64,000 nucleotides of DNA. Source: Hemiscyllium ocellatum. Taxonomy: Eukaryota. This document shows positions 1 to 12,066 of the stretch, in pieces. The DNA lies in assembly GCF_020745735.1 (NCBI RefSeq), contig NC_083439.1, positions 20,164,596 to 20,228,595 of the forward strand, given 5' to 3'. Numbering within the stretch: the stretch's first letter is position 1; each line of letters opens with the position of its first letter. The translations under genes were made by a program, and so were the position numbers. Under the pieces are notes generated by a model. It was not told the origin of the DNA and did no database searches. It saw nothing but the letters and a program-made list of their open reading frames with translations.

Positions 1-354
1 AGCCAGTTTGGGTTTTTTATAATTCTATATTTTTCTGTATATGTTTATACATTTGTACGTGAGGGTGGGTTGGGGATTTTTTTTTGGGCCTTTTGTACTG
101 TTTTGAACCGAATTGTTTTGTACTTGTTGTAATATTAAAAAATCTATTTTTTCAATAAGAATATATTTTAAAAATGTTAACATTTTTAATCCCCTCACAT
201 GTTCAATGATATAACTGCCTTGACAATGTCATAACAGCTCAAAGCATCTCAGCTGTTGAAATTGAATCACAACCCAAGTACATTCAGTTTAGAACTGCCT
301 TAATTGCCTCATAGCAAAGTCTCCACAAGTAAATATCGGTTCCATTACTGTACT

Positions 355-562
355 AAGTTAAAAATCACACAACACCAGGTTATAGTCCAACAGGTTTAAT
401 TGGAAGCACTAGCTTTCGGAGCGCTGCTCCTTCATCAGGTGGTTGTGGGGAGTGGCGCTCCGAAAGCTAGTGCTTCCAATTAAACTGTTGGACTATAACC
501 TGGTGTTGTGTGATTTTTAACTTTGTACACCTCAGTCCAACACCGGCATCTCCAAATCATGC
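355..562. mobile_element. Fold-back Penelope-like pLTR insertion, family A
   Basis: Inverted arms 355-~445 and ~450-523, 37-nt unpaired tail 524-560, TSD TTACTGTACT (345-354/563-572). Confidence 0.85.
407..441 (-). ncRNA. Minimal type I hammerhead ribozyme motif (family A), core intact
   Basis: CAC-CUGAUGA-A-GGAGC(AGC)GCUCC-GAAA-GCUA-GUG. Confidence 0.8.
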
Positions 563-831
563 TTACTGTACTGGCTGACAAAATACTGCCACAAGCTGAA
601 TACTCTGCTGTTGGTGTTCTTCGGGCGCTGGCCTTGCATCAAACATATAATGTAAAAGCAATATGAAGATTAGAATGCTGGAGAGAGTACAATGACCATA
701 TCTAGATTAGAAGGCAGAAACCAATTGTTTTAGCCAAAAACGCAGCTCCTGTTTCTGGATATTATCCAGTAACCTCCATTGAAATGTACAGATTGAGACT
801 GTCAGGTGAGAAAACATCATGGTTTGTTGTG

Positions 832-962
832 AAAACCGAAAGAATTGCGGATGTTGTAAATCAGAAACAAAAATAGAAATTGCTGTAAAATTTCAGCAGG
901 TCTGGCTGTACCTGTGGACAGAAATCAGAGTTAACATTTTGATTCGATTGACGCTCCCTCAG
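832..962 (-). mobile_element. Degenerate family D PLE terminus
   Basis: Aligns by eye to 9853-9983; ends at a decayed CTGAGGGA core. Confidence 0.6.
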
Positions 963-1247
963 GTCTGCTGTGATGTATGTGAATTATAGTTGAAAAGCCT
1001 TACACTCTAAACTTGAACTTGAGATTGTTGTTTTGGTATCACTTCAACTCTTAGTACCTTTGGATGCAGCTAGAGTCAGCACCTGTAAGAACTGTACGGA
1101 AAAAATAAATGAGAAACCTCTACCTTTAAAAACAGGTTAATATCCTTTATAGTCATAAATTTAGAGATGTAAATTCATTAAAGAATTAAAATTCTTTTCC
1201 CCTCGAGTGAAGAAACTTGTAATTTTTTTTAATCTGTGTCACACAAG

Positions 1248-1308
1248 GCTGAAAAAAAAGTTGTCCAATGGCTCGGAAGACAAGATTGAGTCAAGTCCCA
1301 GCAAATCG
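1248..1308 (+). CDS. Penultimate exon of a convergent gene (probably FAM227B), xLKKKLSNGSEDKIESSPSKS
   Basis: acacaag|G CTG...TCG|gtaagt; 61 nt, open, ends in phase 0, which matches the exon at 5948. Identity is inferred only from GALK2-FAM227B tail-to-tail synteny in human. Confidence 0.55.
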
Positions 1309-1880
1309 GTAAGTTTGTATATTATCCTAAACGAGTAAGCTTTTCCGTTCATTGATGTTATTTATGATTTCTGCTATTCACTCTAAGAAACTGATTCATT
1401 TAACATCATTCTATAATTACATGTAAAAAGAGCAGTCATCTTTGAATATTAATGCATCAGAAAATTTCTGGTAAATAAAGAAATATTTTAGTTGAGGATT
1501 CGTTACAAAACACAGTGGAATAGATCTGCTGACAGCTTGTTGACATTTAACGTTTTAAAACTTGAAAAAACTAGATAATGTAATTGAATGCATTGTGGCT
1601 TATTTTTGTTTAATACCTGTGGGACAATGAAGTTCTAGTTGCAAAATCATCAATTAGTAAAATACATTTTTAAAAAAACACAAGCACATCAAATAACGGT
1701 TTCAGAATTTTATTTTCAAATGACTTACTGTTGGGGAATGTACCAAAATTTGTTTTTACAAACAGTTTTAAAGTAGGCCCAAGTACCAGACAGGACAGGC
1801 ATTGACAATTTACTGATGCTTTTATTTATGAATGAACAAAGTATATAATTTTATTTTGGAATCAAGATCAAAAGCCACTT

Positions 1881-2016
1881 AGTTACCCAGACAAAAGTGA
1901 AAATAACTATATAAATTCATGTGCATTTTTCATCTATCTTCCCTGACAAAAGTTACCCAGACAAAAGTGAAAATAACTATATAAATTCATGTGCATTTTT
2001 CAACTATCTTCCCTGA
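1881..2016 (+). repeat. 70-nt tandem duplication
   Basis: 1881-1946 repeated at 1951-2016 with one mismatch. Confidence 0.95.
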
Positions 2017-2750
2017 AGTGGGAGATGGCACTGGGCAGGGTGACACTAGGCACACGACACACAAGATGGCCGCTGAGCCATAAGTTGGCCACTTGACGCA
2101 CAAGATGGCTGCTGGACCACAATATGGAAGGAGACAGCAGTGCAAACACAGACACTGCTTGGGGCCACCAGATGGCCAGCACAATGCACTCACAATCCAG
2201 TCGATAAGTTTAAGGCAGGTGGGGGAGAGAATACGCATGAGTAACGTACACTCCCTGCCCAAGTGTCTGGGTCTAGCCAACATCTTTGGTAGAAATGCTA
2301 ACAGTTTGATGCAGACTCAATTCAAAATGCTAACAGCCAGGGCTGCAGTAATCGTTCTTCTCAGGAAGAGAGATTAGCACCCATTACTGCAGCAATTGAT
2401 TTCCGTGCAGACATTGAAACTGACAATGTCTACACTGAAACTGACAGTGACCACGTGGAAATTAACAAAGGCTGCACTGGAACTGACAAAGACTGTATCG
2501 AAACTATCAATGATTCTGCAATGTTTACAGTAAACAAACTATGTAACAGAGACAAGAATCTCATCACTGACCTATTATATTACAAAATGTATAAAAGTAT
2601 CTTGACATGTGCTCCAGGTTGGGAGAAGACTCACAGCTGACCACTGTGCTGTTGGTGTCTTTCTCTCTCCAGAGCTCCAGTATTTCCTTGTGCAATAAAC
2701 TCTGTTGTTGAACCCTGACACTGACTCTGAGGCTAGTGATTTTCCCTACA
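2014..2750 (+). mobile_element. Probable solo LTR
   Basis: TG...CA ends with imperfect terminal inversion, TATAAAA at ~2590, AATAAA at ~2694, two CAAGATGGC YY1-like motifs; no clear TSD. Confidence 0.55.
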
Positions 2751-2793
2751 ATAACCCTATCAATTTAAAGGCCAAGCTTTTTTCTTTTGGCTC

Positions 2794-2933
2794 TGTATTA
2801 GTCTATACATTCCAAGCTGCCTATCTTGCAAACAAAGGCACTTCGGAGCAGCCACCTACCCAGGATACATAGATGACGCACTGGACTTCAGGGGAGACTG
2901 AAACTCCGAGATTTCAAATCACCCGTCACCCCC

Positions 2934-2964
<31 letters not shown>

Positions 2965-5697
2965 ACACACACACTTTCTCAGCATACTCCTGCAAACATC
3001 CAAGCCATTGAAAACCAGATGGACTACCTTAAAACTAGATTCATCTTCCAACGAGAATTGAAAGAATGCAGTGTGTTCTGTTTAACAGAGACATGGCTCA
3101 CCCTTGCTACACCTGACTGTGCCTTACAACCCAAGGGCTTCTCAATTCACTGAATGGGCCACTCAGCATCCTTGAGGAAGGTAAGGGGCAGCTTCTTAAT
3201 CAACACCTCCTGGTGCTCAAAATGTGGTGACCCTTGTGAGTCACTGCTCCCCATGCTTAGAATATTTAACAATGAAATGCTACCCATACTACCTGCTACA
3301 CTATCCTGACAATGGTCTACATCACAGCCCATGCAGAAATGAAGAATGCACTTGATGAATTATTCAATTCTGCAAACAGTAAAGCGACAGAATACCTGAA
3401 AGCCTTGTTCATAATGGCCAGTGACTTCAACCAGTCCAACCTCAAGAATGTGCTACCAGAACACCAAACATGTCTCCTGTCCCACCAGAGGCCTGAACAT
3501 TCTTTACGATTGCTACACAAGCATCAAATATGCCTACCACTCCAATCTTATCAGCACTTTGGAAAATCAGACCATAACACTGCTCCTCCTCTGGGCTTAC
3601 ATACGCAAACTGAAGCGTGAGGACCCAGTTAAGAAAGTAGTACACTATGTCTGAGGAAACTGAGGGGCTTCTATGGGACTGGTCAATTTTCAAGAACTCA
3701 GCAGCCAACCTAAACAAATATGCCACTACCATTACTGACTTTATTAGTAAGTGTGTAGGTGACTGTGTATTGAGGAAGTTAATCCAAACATTCCCCAACC
3801 AGAAACCATGGAAGGAACCCGGAGATTCACTCCCTACTGAAGTCTGAGGCGTTCAGGTTGGGTGACCCTGCCCTATACAGGAAATCTAGGAACAACCTTC
3901 GCAAGGCCATCAGAGATGCCAAGAGGTAATTCAAAACTAAGCTTGAGACCCAGACTAGCCAGATGGACACCCGTTGTTTATGGCAAGGCTTACACGACAA
4001 AACAGGCCATAAAGCGAAGTCAAACAGAACCACGGGCTGTAGTACATCCCTATCCGATGACCTCAATCCATTCTACCCTCACTTTGAATAAAAGTGCAGT
4101 GAAACAATATCACCTATCCCTATAGTCTTGGATGTACCTGTACCCATGGTGACCATTACAAACATTAGATTGGCCTTCTTAAGGGTGAACCCACAGAAAG
4201 CAACCAGCCTGGATAGAGTCCCTGACTGTGTACTCAGACCCTGTGCAGACCAGCTGGCAGGAATATTCACAATCATCCTTAACCTCTCCTTACTACAATC
4301 TGAAGTCCGCACCCCCTTCAAAAAGAGCTCCATCATCCCAGTGCCAAAGAGAAATCATGCAGTGTGCCTCAATGACTACTGCCTAGTGGCTCTGAGCTCC
4401 AGAATTATGAAGTACTTTGTGAGGTTGGTCATGGCTCACATCATCTCCAGCTTCCCAGACTGCTTTAATCCACTACAATTCACCTCCTGACACAACCGGC
4501 CCATGCAGATGCCATCTCCCTGGCTGTATACTCATCCCTGGAACATCTGAACATCAAAAATACCGATGTCAGGATCCTACCTATTGACTACAGGTTTGCT
4601 TTCAACACCATAACTCCAATTGAACTCATCTTCAAACTCCAGGACCTAGGTCTCTGCTTCCCATCCTGTAAATGGATTCTTAACTTCCTGATCAACACAC
4701 TGCAGTCAGTTAGGAAAGGCTACAACACCTCTTCCACAATAATCCTCAACATCAGTGCCCCACAAGGCTGCATACTAATGTCCCTACTATACTCCTCATA
4801 GACAAACAACTGTTTGGCCAAATTCTCCATCAACTCCATTTACAAGTTTGCAGATAATTTAACCATTGCAGGTCAGATTTCAAATAACGATGAGATAGAA
4901 TACAGGAAGGAGAGAGAGAGAGAGAGCTTAGCAGCATGGTGTAATGACAACAATCTCTCCATCAACGTCAGCAAATGAAAGAGCTGGTCATTGACTTCAG
5001 GAAGCAGTATGGAAGGCACTCCCATGTCTGCATCAATGGAGCTGAGGTGGAGACGGTCGAGAGCTTCAAGCTCCTGGGAGTGGCAATCACGCACAATCGT
5101 CCTCGTCCACCCAGATTGACACTACAGTTAAGAAAGCACAACAATGCCTGTATTTCCTCAGAAGGCTAAGGAAATTTGGCCTATCCATAAAGACACTTAC
5201 CAATTTTCATAAATCACCATAGAAATCATTCTGTCTGGATGCATCGCAGTGCAGTATGACAACAGCTCTTCCCAAGACGGCAAGTAACTACGGAGAGTGG
5301 TGAACACAGTCCTGTTCATCAGGCAAACCAGCCTCCCATTCATTGATTCCATGTGTACTTCCGTCTGCATTGGGATGGCAATCAACATACTCAAAGACCC
5401 TCCCCACACCCCAGTTATACTCTCTTCCACCCTGTTCCAACAGGCAGAAGACATAAACATTGTTTACACATATGAAAACTTTCAAGAATAGCTTCTTACC
5501 CACTGTTATTTAGAATGGACCTCTTAAATACTAATGTTGATTTCTCTCTGCACTTTCTCAGCAGCTGTAACAGTTTCCTGCACACTCTGCTGTTACCCTG
5601 GTGCACTTGTATCGTACGATCTGCCTGTAAAGCACGTAAGACTATAGTTTTCACTGTGCCTCAGTACACATGAAATAATAAATCCTATCATCATCAT
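2794..5697 (+). mobile_element. Decayed Rex1/Babar-type LINE (APE endonuclease plus RT)
   Basis: DFNQ, ADQLAGIFT.I.NLSL, IIPVPK..CLNDY..VAL, PQG, KFAD and KELVIDFRK motifs across broken frames; AATAAA and (TCA)n tail. Confidence 0.85.
2935..2964 (+). repeat. Poly-C tract (about 30 nt) followed by short (CA)n
   Basis: Seen directly. Confidence 0.9.
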
Positions 5698-5947
5698 GTG
5701 TTCTAATTAACTACCTCTTTGGAATACTAATCTGCAGGTTTTGAATTCAGGCTGGCGAAGGATTTCAATGGTTAATGTACTTAATGAATAAATCAACCTT
5801 CCTGTTCAGATGACACCTGTTTAATATATGGTAGAAGCAAAAATCTTCGAGCCAGAAGGTGCAACACAGAAGACATCTGGTGAAATATACACAAGATTAA
5901 AAGCACAATGAATTTTGTTCTTTGACTGTTGTCTTCATTTCCATTAG

Positions 5948-6124
5948 ATCACTAAAGTCAAAGAAACCAAAAAGGAACCTCGAAAATCAAGTTCGATAGA
6001 AGCTGAGACAGACACTGACATTGATGATGATTATAAGGACAGTATGAAATGCCATGAGAATCTGTGCGTATTGCAATTTTCACAGGAATTGTTACCAATC
6101 ATAACCATTGAAAAGGTTGAGTAA
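5948..6124 (+). CDS. Terminal coding exon of the convergent gene (probably FAM227B), ITKVKETKKEPRKSSSIEAETDTDIDDDYKD...IEKVE*
   Basis: Pyrimidine tract plus ccattag acceptor, 59 codons including TAA, acidic stretch, AATAAA at 6241. Identity by synteny inference. Confidence 0.55.
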   Translation: MTKVKETKKEPRKSSSIEAETDTDIDDDYKDSMKCHENLCVLQFSQELLPIITIEKVE

Positions 6125-6231
6125 AACATTGAGCTGCAATTTTGCAACAAAAAAAAGACATCCTCTGTTATGGTCTCAAGAACAAATTAAACAAGGGATT
6201 GTGAAGAAGCAATGTTTGTAATCATCTCAAA

Positions 6232-6237
6232 TTTATT
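6232..6237 (-). terminator. Candidate GALK2 polyadenylation signal AATAAA
   Basis: TTTATT on the plus strand, about 110 nt past the GALK2 stop. Confidence 0.6.
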
Positions 6238-6240
6238 TTG

Positions 6241-6246
6241 AATAAA
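6241..6246 (+). terminator. Candidate polyadenylation signal of the plus-strand gene
   Basis: AATAAA about 116 nt after the TAA at 6124. Confidence 0.55.
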
Positions 6247-6344
6247 TGTGTCTTAATTACTCAAAGTAACAATAACTAACGGACCAGCTCTCTAGTTTGT
6301 TTTGGGTGGAAAGGTCTCCTTATTCCCACAGATCTTGCAGTTAT

Positions 6345-6552
6345 TTAGGCCTCATAGTAAGTTGCAGCTCCTCCTGCAGGCTGGGTGGCAAACAGGCTGC
6401 GTGTGTGTAAAGCTGCTCTTTGAACATCGGCTTTGTAATAGACTTCTTGCACTTTCATCAGGAAGCTATTCAAGTTGTCGGTGGGTACAATGGACACTGT
6501 GCAACCTCCCCATCCAGCGCCAGTTAACCGTGAGCCAATAGCACCAGATTGT
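6345..6552 (-). CDS. GALK2: GALK2 last coding exon 10, [23 protein letters not shown]...[16 protein letters not shown]
   Basis: 208 nt including TAA (6345-6347), tttttcag|A acceptor completes GTA (Val); [16 protein letters not shown] motif. Missed by the ORF track because it has no start codon. Confidence 0.96.
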
Positions 6553-7548
6553 CTGAAAAATAATCATTAATATAAATACCATCAGATAGAACATGAGCAT
6601 TTGCTTTCTCAGGCCACAATCATCTATAAACTCAGGATTCTAAATGTGTAAGAATTTTGTTTCATATGACAGCCTACTTTCTTAAGTTTTCTTTGACTTT
6701 GCTGAGCACAAAAATTCAAAAGATTTAATTAGTGTGAGGGAATAGAATATTTCCCAGGTCACACATCATAAAATCAGAGAAAGCTCTCTCAACTCTGACT
6801 CAAGCCCAACTTCAAACAGACATTGTACTGCACTGTCCAAGCCAATGAGGAATTAGCTTAAGACTACCCAAATTCTCTTCACAAATTATCCTTAACCATC
6901 AGTTGCAAAGAAAATTTAGTTCCATCAGTCTGGGTTGGATTTGAATATAAAAAGGCAATACTTTAACCATTGTTGCCTATGAGTATTTAAGAGATTTCAG
7001 TATACTGCAGATTTTAACACTTACAAACCACCAGTATCACATCTGATCATATTCTGGACTCTGAGCTGAATGTTCCTGTCACCTAAAACCAGGAAACATG
7101 ATTTGTGTAGCAGAATAGATGTGATAAACACTTATTTATTTTGTTTCAAAACAGTCAAAATCAATTGAGGATTTCGACCATGATCCAACAGACTTTCAAA
7201 TTGCGTCAGGGAGCGGTGAAGAATAAATTATACCTGGGGATTCAGAGGTGGCAATAGGTGCAGATCAGAATATTGGACTTACATTTTGGTGTCCCTGAAC
7301 TGTGGTGCGTGGAGCTGAGATGATGCAGCAGACATTGCTGGAAATGGAGTAGCAGGACTGAAGGAGTTGACCCTAGGTGACCATCATTGACTGCAGTTTA
7401 AAGTATTGGAATTTCACAGCTGAAGCTTTGTAATCCCAAATAAAGAAATTACAGATTCGACAAATCATTCGCAATATATTTAAATTGTTCTCTAACTAGG
7501 ATTCATGAGGGATTCCCCCCTTCCACCCCCCGCCTCCCCCCACCACCT

Positions 7549-7646
7549 CAGTTTCCACCTCACAAAACAAGCTGTAACAGAATTCTACCAACTGTGACAG
7601 GATAGCTAACAGTTAATATTTGGCACAAGATTGGCACATCGAATAT
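7549..7646 (+). repeat. 98-nt perfect dispersed duplication, copy 1 (copy 2 at 8899-8996)
   Basis: Identical by eye. Confidence 0.95.
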
Positions 7647-8435
7647 TAATCACACTAAACAATACAAACCTAAACAAATCTAAGTAACAAGCATAATCTA
7701 AACTAAGGACAGCAAATTTGGAAGATGCCAGAAGGAATATTTACTCTATGTTTGAATGGCCTTATCATCGCTTTGGGAAGCTCACTAGCAACTCGTGTTC
7801 AAAATGAAGTCAGTTAAGAAATCGAAACAGGGAGCTCATTGGGCTATTTAATAAGATCATGGCCAAAATACTACAATAACACCACTATCCCAAATTCCAG
7901 AGGACCGAATAAAACTCTGATTAGCTTTCTCATTCTTCACCGTCAATTCTGGCCCAAAATCATGGGAAATACATTTCTTCTCTGATTCTTACAAGGTCTC
8001 CATTTCAATTTCAAATTTACTAACTATAGGGCTCTGTCTGTCACTAAATGGAAGTCTCATTCCTAAAATACAATCAATGTAGAATATTGTGATGTGTTTT
8101 ATTTATTCGCTTAAGGAACACTACTCTGACGTTACAGTACGAACATTAATCTGTTTCAAAGGTTCCATTAGTGGCATGAAGCTTTACTGGTGGTAACCAC
8201 AGGCCATAAAATCACACCTGCATCCTTGTGAAACGTGAGTTGCATTGTGCTAAACTTTCACTGCAATTTGGCAGAGAAAGTTAGGCTGCACTACAGTTAT
8301 ACAGGGGCCTTATGTAACTTGGTAACTTCAGTCCAAAGCTGAATTTTCTAGTTCAATTGAAACTTATATCATGTACCTCCTCCACATAAGATAAAATGTT
8401 TTCCTTGGGGTCAATAGGTTCAAGTTATCTTTACA

Positions 8436-8725
8436 AATCACAGAATCCATACAGTGTGGAAGCAGGCCATTCAGCCCATTCAGTCCACATCGACCCTCTG
8501 AAGTGTATCCCACCCAGACCCATCTCCCTACCCTATTGCTGTTACCCTGCATTTCCTGTGGCTAATCCACCTAGCCTGCACATCTTCCAACAGTGGGAAG
8601 AAACCGGAGCACCTGGAGGAAACCCTGCAGACATGAGAATGTGCAAACCTCAAACGATAGTCTCCCAAGGCGAGAATCAAAACCTGGGTCCCTGGCACTG
8701 AGAGTCAACAGTGTTAACCACAGAG
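8436..8725 (-). mobile_element. HE1-like V-SINE, diverged
   Basis: V-domain (GGTTTCCTCC.GGTGCTCCGGTTTC), tRNA-like head remnant, CR1-like tail. Confidence 0.8.
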
Positions 8726-9171
8726 AGAGGTATAATTTCAGTTGTGAGTATATGTCATGTTTTCAATTACATTTTGTTTCCAGTATTAGCTGATTTATCA
8801 GCCAGTTGATTTTTGTGCCTTTTCCCCATTTGTATTTTCCTCAATTTCTCAATCGCTGGTGATACTTAAGTTGCAGCACACATGGCGGTAAGCATTGGCA
8901 GTTTCCACCTCACAAAACAAGCTGTAACAGAATTCTACCAACTGTGACAGGATAGCTAACAGTTAATATTTGGCACAAGATTGGCACATCGAATATAGGT
9001 GCCCCTTTTTTTCATTTGTGACATTTATTCATGGGATCTGGATGTCCTTAGCTGGACCAGCACTTATTAGCTATCTCTAATTGCCCTCAAAACGATAGTG
9101 GTGAGCTGTCTTCTTGAACCACTGCAGTCCTTGGGATACAATACTACCCTCAGCACCGTTAGGAAGGCAGT

Positions 9172-9477
9172 TTAGATTAGATTCCCTATAGTATGGAAAC
9201 AGGCCCATCGGCCCAACAAGTCCACACTGATCCCCCGAAGAATAACCCACCCAGACCCATTACTCCACCCTATATTTACCCCTGACTAATGCATCTAACA
9301 CTATAGGCAATTTAGCATGGCCAATTCACCTGACCTGCACATCTCTGGACTGTGGGAGGATACCCATAGAGACACAGGGAGAATGTGCAAACTCCACACA
9401 GACAGTCGCCTGAGGCAGGAATTGAACCCGGGACCCTGGCACTTTCATGCAGCAGTGCTAACCACTGAGCCACCATG
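9172..9477 (-). mobile_element. HE1-like V-SINE
   Basis: A box TGGCTCAGTGG, B box GGTTCAATTCC, V-domain, (TCTAA)n tail. Confidence 0.85.
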
Positions 9478-9852
9478 AAGTAATACTCTATAGACATTCG
9501 TGCTCATGGGAGAGATTTCAGGACATCAGACCCTCCAAGAGTACACTGCATTACGCCATTATGTAACTTTTCCTTGAAGCCTGTATTGTTTTCTCGGGTT
9601 TTCTAATGTAGTGAAACCCAATTCGTATTTCTGAGAAAGGAAATGCAGAATATACTGCTCCCTGTTATTTTGTTTGGCATTTACTATTTGCCATTTTTGG
9701 GACACACTTGCTTTTTTTAAAAATGTGGAAGAGCTGATTTTATGAATGTCTTGCTTCCTAAATAATGCACAAAGACAATGTTTGCAGGGAGAATGGCAAC
9801 TTTTTTGGCAGCATTTGATAACTAGAATCAATGTTAGTAATACTATACAAAT

Positions 9853-9983
9853 AACCAAAGAACTGTAGATACTGGCAATCAGAAACAAAATCAGAAATTA
9901 CTGGAAAATTTCAGCAGGTCTGGCAGCAATCATGGAGAGAAAGCAAAGTTAACTTTTCGGATCCAGTGACCCTTCTTCAGAAT
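9853..9983 (-). mobile_element. Old PLE 3' terminus, family D, with hammerhead motif 9948-9983
   Basis: UU-CUGAAGA-A-GGGUC(ACUG)GAUCC-GAAA-AGUU-AA; related copies at 832-962, 18852-18980, 28310-28400, 30640-31110 and 37570-37712. Confidence 0.7.
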
Positions 9984-10995
9984 GCATCTTCCAGGGAGGT
10001 GATGGCTTAGTTATCGCTAGACTTTTTAATCTAGAGACCCAGATAATGCTCTGATGACCCAGCCACAGCAGATGGTAGAATTTGAATTCTATAAATATCT
10101 GGAATCTATTGATGACCATGAAGGCATTGTCATTTGTCAAAACCCATCTGGTTCACTAATGTCCTCTAGGGAAGGAAACTACTGTCCTTTCTTGGTTTGG
10201 CGTGCATGTGACTTCAGTCCCACAGCAATGTGGTTGACTCTTAACTGCTTATGAGGTGATAGGGGATGGACAATAAATACTCACCCAGCCAGCAACACCT
10301 ACTTCCTATGAATGAATTTTTAAAAAGCAGGATCTGAGAGTACTAAGTGCCATACATCGGATAAACAAGACATAATGCACAAAGTGTTACCCATCAGCTA
10401 ATTCCACATTTTCTGTTCATCCATGCCAAGCTGTACTAAATGTACAGTTTTTGTACTGCATTATCATACCTCAGTAATGTAAATATTCAACTCAAGCTGA
10501 TACTTATTATTACAGGCTTTTGATCCTGACTCCGCTCGTAACTCCGAAAGTCACGTATAATTCTCTTCACAGTTAAAGCTCTATTTTTCTCTTATGTTCA
10601 ACCCCTTACGGCAAATCCAAATTCTTTCTGTATATTAAGACAGATAATGTCAAGGGAAATACTGTTTACTTCTTTGCCATCTTAAAAGCAAAATGAATGG
10701 ACCACATTCTTCAGCTTCCTGTTTTTTAACCAAGTTCTTATCAGCCCTTTAATAGTTTGTGTTTTCATTCATCAACGTGTCTCCATTGCAGAATATTTTG
10801 AAGATTCACTGATACAACATTCGCAGCATTTCTTTCTCAATGCACTTTTTCCTTAAACAATTTTACAAAATTCATGAGACACAACTTGGCTTTTATGAGT
10901 GCAAGATTAATCATCTATGCATAATTTGTGCTTCTTTAAATATACAAAATGAAATGAAGAGGCCAAAGTGAATGCAGGCACTTTAGAGAATGAGG

Positions 10996-11174
10996 AGAAA
11001 GTGAGAACTGCAGATGCTGGAGATCAGAGCTAAAAAAAAACTGTTGCTGGAAAAACGCAGCAGGTCAGACAGCACCCAAGGAGCAGGAGAATTGACGTTT
11101 TGGACATATCGTCGATTCTCCTGCTCCTTGGACGCTGCCTGACCTGCTGCGCTTTTCCAGCAACACATTTTCCA
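10996..11174. mobile_element. Short fold-back family B PLE terminus
   Basis: Inverted copies of the family B 3' end; 16-bp TSD ACTTTAGAGAATGAGG (10980-10995/11175-11190). Confidence 0.85.
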
Positions 11175-11864
11175 ACTTTAGAGAATGAGGCTGGGGAAGT
11201 AATGGGGAACTAGGAACTGGCAGAGAAGTTGAACAAATACTTTGTACCAGCCTTCACAGTAGAAGACACTAATAGGAATACAAAAATACGAAATAATCAA
11301 GCAGCAAAAGAGGGGAAGGAAATAATTACAATAACTAGCACTGGACAAACTGTATTCTGGAAACTAACAGGAAGAAAGGCTGTTAAGTTATAGAGATACA
11401 CAGTACGGAAACAGACCCTTCAGTTCAACTCATCCATGCCAACCAGACATCCGAAATAAATCTCGATCCATTTGCTAGCATTTGGCCCATATCCCTGTAA
11501 AATCTTCCTATTCATATATGTACCAATCCATGTACCAATCTGAGCTATTTGTGTTTCTGCTTCATTTCCTGACCAGTCATATTATTCAAGAGTTATTTTA
11601 ATGCTAACTTCATAATTGAAGTATTATCATTGCACTGACATTTAACATATATCATAAAATCATGTTTTGAGTCTTGTGTTTAAATTACATCTTCAACAAA
11701 TGAGATAAAATTAGCCTTTGTTTGTGGTCTTTGTAATTGTTAGATATAAACAAAACGCTGAATTATGTCATTTATATTGTGTGGAAAATGTGACACAAAA
11801 CATTCCTCAGTATAATTAACATACAACTAAATTATCTTTTTTCTTCTTCTGTTGGAAGACTTAC

Positions 11865-12066
11865 ACACAGATGTCCACAAGCTGGTCAAGTTCTGGACAG
11901 CTGCACTCGTACATATCCCTACAGCTGGTATGGCTTTGATTCATCAGCTCTCCCAACAATTGCAATGCATTGGCAGGTGCCTCATCACAAATTCTCTTGA
12001 ACTGTAGAACTCGTCTAGCTTCAGTGTAAACATGCTTAGCGCGCTGATAAAGTTTGAATGTTGTCA
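11865..12066 (-). CDS. GALK2: GALK2 coding exon 9, (V)[19 protein letters not shown]...[30 protein letters not shown]
   Basis: 202 nt, tctacag|TG...TGT GT|gtaagt; phase 1/2; GHMP kinase C-terminal motifs. Confidence 0.96.

Noticed and set aside
1-175. T-rich segment ending in an A-rich tail, like a LINE 3' UTR
   Set aside because: Truncated by the window edge; no diagnostic motif.
355-562. Hairpins as pre-miRNAs or DNA-transposon MITEs
   Set aside because: Asymmetric tail, variable long TSDs and hammerhead motifs point to PLE pLTR inversions.
6490-6520. Possible frameshift in the GAGWGGC motif of GALK2 exon 10
   Set aside because: Recount shows four Cs (TGG GGA GGT TGC); the frame is intact to TAA at 6345.
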